From Nageia nagi (Eukaryota; Plantae; Pinophyta), in the NCBI GenBank assembly GCA_050084985.1, contig JBITNC010000001.1, positions 139,004,001 to 139,068,000 of the forward strand: a stretch of 64,000 bases of DNA. Reading direction: 5' to 3'. How positions within the stretch are numbered: the first letter of the stretch is position 1; the number at the start of each line of letters is the position of its first letter. This document shows, piece by piece, positions 10,868-22,013 of this stretch. Under the pieces are notes generated by a model. That model made no database searches. It was not told the DNA's origin and saw nothing but the letters and a program-made list of their open reading frames with translations. The position numbers and the translations under genes are program-made.

Positions 10868-12650
10868 TACTTAAATATTTATGTGTATTTAGTTCATTAG
10901 TCCAAAACCTTAGGTGTACCAAAACACATATCAATATATGCAACATATATCTTATCAACCAATTCTCAAACTTTATGTAGTCTCCAATATGGCTATTATG
11001 AATCATGCATTCAATATGAGAGTTTTTAAAATAGATGATATTTTGCATGCATATCTCTCATGAAAAATATTATTGCATCATGCACATTATTGAATAATTT
11101 TATCAATATTATTTAATATTATATATTTTGCATACATTTCTATCATAAATATACATAACTATCATTGCAACCCATGAAACTATGTCTACAACATATATCT
11201 TGTCAAACAATTCCCAAACCTTCTATATTCTCTCATATTTTCAATACATGTCTATCATAGTATTCACATTGATAGAAGATGAAGCACATATGTGAGTAAT
11301 TATAATATTTTTTTAGGGCCTTTCAAATTTACAAACTTTATTATTTTATACATTGTATTATGTCTACATAGTTTTTGTATAATGTTAATGGATTTTCAAA
11401 ACCCTAAATTATTTTACTATTTTACCTTTGTAATAAAATAAATTATATATATCATTTTTTTTAATCACCTCTAATTTGTTGCATGTTTTATAATGTTAGG
11501 AATGGTGAACTCATCTTGTTAGAATACTACTATTTGTTATTGTATAAAAAATTATTGCAAGATATGTTAACCAATATTATTGCATATTATAAGGGATTCA
11601 ATGAATGATAATGCTATCAATATTGATAAATTATTGTAAGGGATAACAACCATTGTATGTGTTCTACTTGCATGCAAATTTAAGGGTTGAGGGTTGTAAA
11701 TACTTTAATACCATGACTAATTGTACTAAAATGGTCTATACTTTCTTTAATAGATCCATTTTTCATACAGGTCTACTAAGGCACTCACAACAAGAAGAGT
11801 GCCTACTCGAATATGTTGAAGCATATGGTTCTTAGTTTAACTAATTTCTAATGGATCATGATAGGTTTAATAGAGCTATGAAGATAATTTGACTGAACAC
11901 AAATGTAGTGAGTTATGTTCTCACTATATTTGTGCTCAATCCAATTATCTTCATTGGTTGTAGAGCTATATAAAACCTATATTATTTTGAGTTGGATTTA
12001 CAAGATTCTTTTTGGAAGATATGGGATATATGCAAGGTTAATCTAAAGGATTATAAGGTAAAAATGGTTTATTTTTTATATCATTTATATTATTATCTTT
12101 TTATCAAAGTTCACATTGATATCTTGTGCTTTTGGTGTTGTAGATGATAAAGCTACATATTCATATCAACATAAGATGATCAATAATAGTAATTTTTATA
12201 TAATTCATTTTTTGTTTGCATGGACATGTTCACACAATTTTAAAATTGTATTTTGGGTGTTATAAAAGGTCACACTTCACTATTATATCAACATAATATG
12301 TCAGTTGAAGGGGAATCATCATCTTTGTTACCTTCAATTGGTTGTTGAGATGGTAAGTTTTGATAAATAATATTACTATTTTTATAATTTTCTTCATGTT
12401 TTTTTTTTTATATCAATGTTAACATATTTTATATCTTGTATTTTGGGTGTTACAGATGATCAAGATACATGTTCATGTCAATATAAGATGTCATTTTAAG
12501 GGGAATCATCATTCTTGATACCTTCATAGATAGGTAACTATCATGTTAAGAAAAATCAAAATACTAAATCCCAATATCAAATGCATATATTTCACATAGA
12601 TGTAACTATTCTACTAACCTCTCATGTATCTTCCTTCTCATATGTACTAT

Positions 12651-12860
12651 ACATGCAAGCATGATTTTGTATTGGATGAAGAGATTAAAATCATTTGTAT
12701 TTTTTTGCAAAGTTTTGAAGTAAGAATTCATCAATATTCTACCACCATTTTTGAATAGGAAATATGAGCATGAATTTATATTGGATAAAGATATCGGAAT
12801 CACTTGCAAATTTTGCAAATTTTTGAAGCAAGAAATCAACAATATTCTACAATCATCTAT
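12651..12860 (+). pseudogene. Two tandem CLASSY/DRD1-like CxH..LDEEIG..CxxC motifs, decayed
   Basis: Reads TCKHDFVLDEEIKIICIF/CKVLK*EFINILPPFLNRK then YEHEFILDKDIGITCKFCKFLKQEINNIL. This resembles the Cys/His motif preceding the SNF2 ATPase domain of CLSY/DRD1 remodelers. Confidence 0.65.
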
Positions 12861-12992
12861 AAATTATAAATTGAACAAGATTACTAGAGGGCATTTAAAA
12901 AATCCTAAATTTTCATGCATTGGCATTATATAAATAATTAAAAATGCAAAAATATGTTTTTAATTGTTAAGATCCAATTTGGTGCATCCTTT

Positions 12993-13459
12993 TGTTAGAA
13001 TTCATAATGTAATATTGTATTATATTTCTCTTTAAATGTAAATTCACTTAATGCTTAAAGTATCTTTGTATACCTCAAAGCATTAAGGGAAAAAAAATAG
13101 AAAGAGGAATAAGTTTAGAAATAGGATTAAAATCGAAATATCCTTAACCTTACCCTTGGATTAAAGGGAGGTTAAAAGGTGGGTTTCTCCTTATAAATTG
13201 AGATGTACCCCTCCCCTAATTGTATTGAAATTGTTGTAAAGCTAGGATTAGGGTTTAAAGAGAGAGGAGATATTTTGTAAGAGAGTCATTCAGAATAAGA
13301 TCTTAGTTAGTGGACATACTCCCAAGGAGAGAGGAACTACTTATATCTTGTGTTATTTATGAGATTACCTTATGTTATTGAGTTTTTGTATTGATTTTGT
13401 ATGAACCTCCATTAGATCTTAGTAGTTTAGAGTTTATTCAGAAAGGATTAAATTCATCA
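12993..13459 (+). mobile_element. Solo LTR, 467 bp, with 5-bp TSD CCTTT
   Basis: TGttagaatt...aattcatCA with CCTTT at 12988-12992 and 13460-13464. TATA near 13191 and a gtggacatac...gaactac motif typical of plant LTRs. The flanks rejoin into a foldback-arm motif. Confidence 0.88.
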
Positions 13460-15688
13460 CCTTTGATATTATACTTGAAGGTGAATTGATCTTGTTAGAC
13501 TACTACTATTATCTATTGCATTTGGTCCTTCTTAATATTTCCATATTTTGCATGTTTATGAATGTTATTATTATAATTGTATGTGAGAAAAAATCCTATT
13601 TGATTACATATCAATGAACATACACACCCCATTTCAAATCCATAAAATTGCACATATAGAAAACTTAGGTAGAAAAATATTCATAGTATACATGTATATC
13701 TTTAGATCTCTATATGCTATTATAGTCAATGCAACTATGTTTGCAACAAATATATTGTAAAATAAGATTATGCATAAAAATAACTCTATAATGTGCCCAT
13801 AATTATTGCATAAGAAAAATTTTAAGGAATGAAAACCTTTACAATTTTATGAATTATGTAAAAAATAATGTTTACTTATTCATAATGCTAATACATAATT
13901 AGCTTCATAAATATGAAAAGTTATTATTCACAAAGAGAATTAATATAATAGCTTTATGAATATGTATCTTCAAATAAAAAATAATAATGTTTACATAATT
14001 TTACCCCTAATATATTAATTAACATCATGAATATGCAAATTATGCAATCATATTGGTTATCTTCCCTTATAGTTTGCAGCAATATTGGCTACCATCCCTT
14101 ACACAATACAACTATATTGGATGGAATCCCTTACACTATGTAAAAATATTGGTTGGAATCCTTTAAAATATGCAATAATATTAGTTGGAATCCCTTACAA
14201 CAATTTATCAATATTGACAATATTTACATTTTTTAAATCCCTTACAATAATTTATCAATATTCATAGTATTTTCATTCTTGGCATGCCTTACAATAATTT
14301 ATCAATATTGATGGTATTATCATTCTTGGAATCCCTTATAATAATTTATAAATATAGATAATATTTTCATTCATTAAATACCTTACAACAATGTTTTGTA
14401 CAATAACCAATAGTAGGAGTATAACAAAGACCAATTCACCTTATTTTATGTTACGAAATATGCATCAAATTGGAGGTGATCAAGAAGAAATTACATATTT
14501 CCTTTATTTTATTAAAATAGTGAAAAAGTAAAATAATAGCATGAGTGAAGTTATAAATATTTATATTATTTTCATTCTTGGCATCCTTACAATATGTAAC
14601 AATATTGGTTGGCATCTCTTACAAGAATTTTATGTGTCATACCCAACAATACTAGTCCAACAATAGTAGTAGTTTAAGAAGGCCAATTCAGCTTGATAAA
14701 AGTTATGAAACAACCACTAAATTAAAAAAATATCAAAAACATAGTCTCATGGAAAAATTAAATCATCCTTTTATTTTATTAAAAAAATGAAATAGTACAA
14801 CAATTTAGGGTTTTTAAAGCCCTCCTAAGTAACATAATACAAAATCCATGCAAGCAAAATACAATGTATAAAATTAATACAATTTGGAGTTTTGAAATAC
14901 CCTTACAAAATATTATAATTAATCTTGGGCTTCATATTTTATCCCCAAATAGCATTCTAAAAAAAAAATATTAAATTATAACCAAATACATGGAATCATT
15001 CTACATAGTTTCATGATAGACATACTTGAAAATTTTCATTTTTTGAAAATAAATTATTATTTGGAAGTATGCATTAAATGTAATAAACAACAATAGTAGT
15101 ATAATAAGATCAATTAATATTTCCAAACAATATCAAAGTGTGTACCAAATTGGATTTATTCAATAAAAAGTGGACACATGGATCCTTTATTTATTTCTAT
15201 GATAAAATACTATAGAATTTGGAGTTTTGAAAGGCCCTCCATTAACCTTATATAATACTACTCCTAAAGCTAATATATTAGAATATGAAATTACACATTT
15301 ATCCAACAAATATTCTATAGTTAAATGCAACCTAATATATTTTAAATATGTTATGAATTATAATTCTTTTAATCATGATAAAACAAGAAAATATTGATTG
15401 GATTGTATTACAAAACAAGGTTGATTTATTTTTATTTTTCTTCACAAATTTTCCAAAATTGCAAATGATTCTAATCTCTTTATCTAATAAAATTCATGCT
15501 CCCATATGTATTACATGTCATGCATTTTGATTTTAGGTTCAAAAATTTCCTTGCAATCATTACAACTCATTTGAGAAGGCATAAAAATGATAAGTTAGTA
15601 TTATAATAACCTATCTCCAAAATATATTAAAAATACACAAAAAATTATGATCTAATACTTTGATTAATAAGAATAAAATATTTCTAAT

Positions 15689-15760
15689 ATGAATGACCTC
15701 ATAGATATGTATGATAAATGTGGAATAATAAATTCATCTCATGAATTATTTGATAAGATG
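15689..15760 (+). pseudogene. PLS-class PPR motif fragment
   Basis: MNDLIDMYDKCGIINSSHELFDKM. Confidence 0.8.
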
Positions 15761-16269
15761 AAAATGAAATTTGGGATGAATTCCAAGATAAAATGGGTTG
15801 CCTAAATTTTGAGATCAAAAAGTCCATTTTCATATCAATTATAGATGTCGATGAGATATACACTAAAGTCTAAAATTCCATTATAAAATATTGAGAAGTA
15901 AATAATGTGAGGTAACTATGAACTATGCAAATAAAAAGAAATAAGATTCACAAAAATAACTCATTTGATTAGTACTACACATAACATACATTATGGAAAT
16001 CATTTATTCAAGTTAATGTTGTTTGATGTATAAGATATTTTTGCATTAGAAGATAGCTTCAAAATATGAATATTGATAGATTTCAAAAGTACCTTTACAA
16101 ATGAGTATTTTTTGTCAATAAAATACAATACAACCATAAACCAAGAAAGAATAAAATACAAAAATATAATAACAAAATTAGCCAATATAAGCAATGAAAT
16201 CTCATAATCAAATAAGTGTACAATGTAAATGCCTAAATTTTAGGATGAGATAGAGTTTATTAGGCTTCA

Positions 16270-16630
16270 TTTCTCCTAGGATATGTACAAAATCATATGT
16301 CAAAGAGTGATTGAAAATGGGTTTAATCAAAAGTTGTTGTTATGAGTGACATAGTCAAAATGTATGTAAAATTGCAAAGAATACAAAAGACCCATAAATT
16401 TCTTTACTCCATAAATTTAGAAGAAGGTAGGGACATCCATCAAAGAGTGGTTAAAAGTAGGTTTTCATCGGATGTTTTTGTTTTGATTTCCTTGGTCGAC
16501 ATACATGAGAAATATGAAATAATATAGAAGGCCAAAAATATTTCACATGATGCATGATGAGGATGCAGTTTCATGGGTTTTCATCAAATGTTGTTGTTGT
16601 AAATGCCATGGTAGATATGTATGCAAAACA
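16270..16630 (+). pseudogene. PLS-class PPR fragments (scrambled L/S motifs)
   Basis: LEEGRDIHQRVVKSRFSSDVFVLISLVDIHEKYEII*KA and GFSSNVVVVNAMVDMYAK. Confidence 0.85.
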
Positions 16631-17196
16631 AATATCTAGAAGAAGGTGTGGACATAGCCCTATCATACATATTTACCTTGGTATATATGTGTGTAACATA
16701 TTAAAAAAACTATTTGAGAAAGATGGATGCATGGTGTAAATTAAATTTCATCAACTATAAATTATGCAAATACAATAGCAAAAGGGCTTTTTACTGCTTA
16801 CTTTCATAACTTGGGTAGATTCATTATAGGAAACATTATTTCATGTTTCTCTAGGTCCCTTGATGGTTGCAGTTTTAGGTTCAATTGAGTGAAATGAGAT
16901 AATGATCTAGGATTTTGTATTTTTATGCAAATTCAAATGATTTTGCCCTATTGCATTAGTTAAACACCATGCAAGTTGGTGATCTTGGAAATTGTTGTAC
17001 ACTTTTTTTTTTAATTTTAGTATGTAGATTTATGAAACTATTATGGGAATTTACTTTCATAAATATGAGGTTTTAATTTTGAAGGTTACATACTCATGAA
17101 GATAATGTTATAATATTTGTGAAACTAATAGAATAGTTTAGTTTCACAAATATGCAAGTGTCTTTTTTTCAATTCTAGGTTTACATATTCGTGATA

Positions 17197-18736
17197 GTAA
17201 TTATTGATTAAGATTATGTAATAACTTCACTCACTATAATCTCAGCAATAGTATACTATAAATAGACTATCCTTGATAATTTGATCTTTAGAAGTAGGTT
17301 CCTTAAACATTGGGCATAATCTATAAAGAACAAGTAACTAGAAAGGAATAAAAGGGTAAAAATATGAGAAATAAAATAAAGAGATAGAGTAACAAGAAAT
17401 AAAGCAAAGGGGTGGATCACTAGTTTAGTACAGGTTTCCATAGTGTGTAAAACCTTAGCAAGAACCTAGTGTAGTAGCCATGGAGCAAGCCTTAACTCTC
17501 TTAATTATTTCTTAGCATACATTTTACCATGTAATATACATAGTTATTCCAACACATTGCTATTATTATTTAGGAAACATTCATCAATTGTCACAACATA
17601 ACTAGATTAAAAATAATTGTAATAAGTATTGGGAAAGAAAGGTCAATATAGTATCATATTATTGAGGAAATAAAAGGTCTTTGAAAATAAATACAAGGGG
17701 AAATACTATGGATTCCAACCTTTTTGTCTTATTACTACCTCTAGTTATACAAAAAGCAAAGTAACTATATTATAACTAAAAAATATGAATGGTTACATAA
17801 AAATGCCTCAATAGACTTGATCTTCTTTTCTAAAGTCTTCGTGATTGGCAATTACATCTTTTAAAATTTTCTAACCACCCGTGTCTTTCCCAAAATCCTC
17901 TGTAATGGTTTGTAGCTCTAGCAATATTCTTTGTAACTATTCCTACTTCTATGTAAGTAAAAAGCTATTTCAAAAGTATTTGGGTGCTACTCATATAGTT
18001 TTGAAATATTATGAGCTTTTTTAGGCCTTTACTTTTATATTTGCTTCTCTTCTAGAGCTTTGTAATCATTCTAGAGATGTCAATTTGTACACCAAGTCTT
18101 TTCTTCTTATTCCTTCTCTTGGGGCTCTATGTTGAATCAAAATAGAATTATGAATGGTCCTTGATGATGTCACTTATCTTGGGCCTTATGATAAGAATAA
18201 AAATGGGACCTTTACACTCCATAGTATTTCCTTTAGGGTCATATTCTACTTGGTTCATTTCTTTTCTATTCCATCTTCTCTAGGGGTTGCACATCCTCTT
18301 GATGTCATCATCTCTCTCTAGGTCTCATTATAATACAAAAATGGAACTTTCATGCTTTGAGTGATCATTCCAAGAAATGTCTTATACTTAGCCATTTTTA
18401 CTCTACTTCTTCCCAATATTGCTCGGTTGAGTGAACTTTGGAATTTCAAATTATTTGGATGATGTCATATCTCCTTGAGCTTGGATGAAAACCAAAATAA
18501 GACCTCTACACTTTGCAAACTCCTCTAATGACATCATCATCTCTCAAGTCTAGTGATAAGACAAAACTGAAACTCCACTACTCTTTATGACATCATCTCT
18601 CCCCAAATCCATTTATATTTAGCTTATTTTCATTTGAAAGACTTTGAAATCTCCATAACTACAAAAGAATGCTTCAAATACATTAAATACACTTTTAAGG
18701 TCTTTCCAAAGATGTAGAATTATATATAAGTATACA
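17197..18736 (-). repeat. 3' LTR of TatII element
   Basis: Direct repeat of 34446-35991 (tattgattaagatt...tataagtataca), roughly 10-15% diverged by eye. Confidence 0.92.
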
Positions 18737-18829
18737 TTATGGTGAATTCTAAGGGAAAATTTTATCTTATCAAAAGAAATTATGGGCTTAGATAGGTAGA
18801 ATACTTGAAAACATCTCTTAACCATTGAT

Positions 18830-21800
18830 TAACTACTGCACTTTGTGCTAATTCTCTTGGACATTAGAAATATCCTTCAATTAAAATTCAACCAAAGCCA
18901 TTAAATTAGCAATATCATAGGAAATTTGCTTATGAGTTTGGAGGAATTGCTGTAGATTAACTTTTATCTTTTCATAGTACTCAAAAAATTATAGTATACT
19001 TTTCTCATTGAATAAAGCTATTAAGCTATCAACATCTGAACTATCCATCATAGCCTCTTGTATTTTGCTTAAAAATTCTACATTTGGTATGGGTGCTTTA
19101 TCCATCTTCCATAAAATTGTTATCCTGAAAGATACTATGTATTGTAATTCTCCTTTCAAAGAATCAATCTTGCTTTACCATTTGTATAGGCTTTTTTCTA
19201 TACTATCATATACTCCTTTCCCTTGCATAGGGTGATTAATCCATGTTAATATCTCCTTCTACTCCCTAGATTCAAAGCCTTTAATTATTCATCTACTCAT
19301 TTTTTCAATTTCCTTCTTAGCATCCTCTATTAGCAGTTCATAGCTAGCTTTCTTCTTAAGCACCTTTGCAGTGAGCTTATTTAACCATCCATAGAAAACC
19401 TCCACATTATTTTGAAATTGTATCACAATTTTCAAGTCTAGAGTGATTGAATTCTAGAATTCTTCTTTTATCTTTAGTAAAAATACCTTGTTTACTTTAT
19501 TTGTATGTGCAAGCTATTGTAGCTATGTCAAATTAGCATTTAAACTACCAATGTTGCATCCTTTAATGCAATTTCAATATCTTTATTTGCTAGATCTTAG
19601 TCCTTTTCTATAATAGTAGCTTCCTTATTACCTAGCTCTACCTCTTTTTTGGCAAGCGCAACATCCTTCTTCGTTAATGTATCAATTGTAGGAGCACTGG
19701 CTAAACCTTTCTTCAACCCAACAATTTCATTATCTATAGCATTTAACATGGAATTTTGAAGCTCTAGCTGCTTATTGAGTGACTCATTAGACTTGAACAC
19801 CTTATTATCCTTAGCTTCTAGCTTAGTTTCTTAAAAAATATTCAAGTTAACAACAGTGTACAATAACTCAATCTTATCCTACCTAGGCATGTTGGCCAAG
19901 TCTACCTTGATGCTCGTATTCATGGTTGTGAGGTCCCTGAGACCTTCTTGAGATTCATGAGCAAACACCATCTCTAATACCTTATAATTAGAGTCCAAAA
20001 AACTCTAGTCTTATTGGATTGCTTACTATAGGAATCTTCTTTACTTTCTTATCCATCCAAGCCTCTTGATTGGCCTTCACTTGCTAGTACTATTGCATTA
20101 TCCCATTGCTGGACACCTACTACCCAAAAATAGTGATAAATAATGAATTAGGACTCAAATCTTGCATTGGTGCTGACATGATTTGCTTGCCCAATGTTGA
20201 ACGGTTAACTTTGGTGGGGCCAGGGTTGACATTGATGATTGGGTTTACTAGTATAAGTGGATTTGCAAACATTGAATGAAATTGAGTGATAAGGGTGATG
20301 AATTATGTAGTTAAGATGGAGAGTGGAGGTGGAAGTGCTTAAGGTATGATTGGTGTAGGTGTGGTTGATGCTAATGTAAATAGAGTGACTAGCGGTATGA
20401 AAATAGGCAAAGGAGTTAGCATTGGTATTACTAGTGCAATTGATGAAGGAGATGTATCTAGGATTAATTGAGAAATTGAAGTAGAAGAAGAAGTAGAGTG
20501 GTAAAAGTGTGTACCTAAGTGTGGAGTGGTATATTTTATATGCTTCTATGGTTGTATGATTTAAAGACTAGCATGAGTCTTTATTTTTGAAGAATATACC
20601 TTTTCAACATTCTATGGAGAATTCTCTAAAACATTCTCTTTCAATGCTTGGGCTTTATCTTCCTTTTTGCTACTTTCTTCTCCATCCAAAGAGCCTTCAT
20701 TTGATGAATCAACATCATAAAGATATACTAGATTCCACATCTTTACAAATATGTCATCCATGTTTGACTCCAATGGTGGAAACTAATTCTTGAATTCAAT
20801 CCGATATTGACTAAAAGTTGTTATCTTCTCCATAGACCACTTATTGCTCTTAAGCTACTTTATGATGTTCTTTGAAGTGCCATACTTATTAGGATCATTA
20901 CTCACTTTTATTTCATAAAAAAATTAGCCATGGTGGAATCAAATCCTTGGTGACCATGGCCATGGGCATTAGGATTCATTTTATCCCCTATTCCTCCATT
21001 GCTCAATTTTAGGTCTTCACTCAACCATGAAGCTTGGTAGGTTTGATTGTAATTTATTTGATAGTTTTACTCTCCAAAAAATACTAGTATTTGGTCTTGC
21101 CCTGAGGCAATCTCAAATAAAAGCTAGAATCTTCTAACAGTCTACTTAGTGTTGTGCTAATCAAAGCCATGGTTGAGACTAAGAAATGTTCTACAAATGA
21201 GTAATAACATCTTCAAGACTTAATTTCTTCATTCCAATTATCCATAAACCTAACATCTCTATTACTATCAACTTTCCTCAATTGTAACCTAATGAAGGAG
21301 TTAGGGTTTTGATGGATGAAAAGCCAAATGATGTATGATACACAAGCAAAATGGGAACCATCACCTATTGTGGTTAATTGCTCTATGATACCATCTAAAA
21401 TTACTACCAACAAATCAAATATGGTAGGATTAGAAGGATGAGAGATTTTGTTAGCAATGCTTGATTAAGTAAGTGATGCAAATCTATCAATTTCATCTCC
21501 CATCACTATGCTAATCATAGATATCAGCAACTAAAGGTGTTAATAAAAAAGAGATATGGGGACATCTATTTGTGGGAATTCCATGAAATCTATAGTAGAG
21601 CATTTCTTTATCTTGTTTACAACCTTCAAGATAATTATGGGGGAAGGTCTCATATCTAGATCCAATAAAATAGGGGTTGTTTGAGATGTAGATGGGTTGA
21701 CAGCAACTATGATGGCTTGGGGAGTTAAATTTAAAACCATTTTGCCATACAAGTCTCTAACTACGCTATCTAATGGGTCAAAGTCTCTCTTTATCAATTC

Positions 21801-22013
21801 AATGAGCTCTAGTGTAGGAAGACATCTATGGGGGATGAAGTACATCAAGTCAGAGCCTATGGGTGAATGTGCAATATGATTAAAACTTAAAATTAGGCAT
21901 TTACCTTTAGTTGTGCCCTTTAGATTCTTATCTTTTACAATGATCTTGGTATCCCATAATAGCTCCATGGAGTCAATGAACTTATTCAAATTCTTACCTT
22001 GAGCATGAGACAT
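18830..22013 (-). pseudogene. Large sense extra ORF downstream of integrase (globular N-terminus, Pro/Ser/Thr-rich middle, coiled-coil C-terminus), disrupted
   Basis: Track ORFs 21540..22013, 21213..21413 and 19597..19800 lie on the pol strand. There is a low-complexity segment at 20150-20520. Confidence 0.7.

Larger units (their letters stand above)
11130..15250. mobile_element. Foldback/MULE-like element with long, internally repetitive inverted arms (outer ends not defined)
   Basis: 11298-11422 is the reverse complement of 14789-14920, 11405-11475 of 14450-14540, and 11500-11645 of 14170-14440. The right arm has ggaatcccttacaa sub-repeats. Confidence 0.7.

Noticed and set aside
16645-16700. 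gtggacatagcc LTR-like motif after the PPR fragment
   Set aside because: No TG..CA boundaries or TSD could be located.
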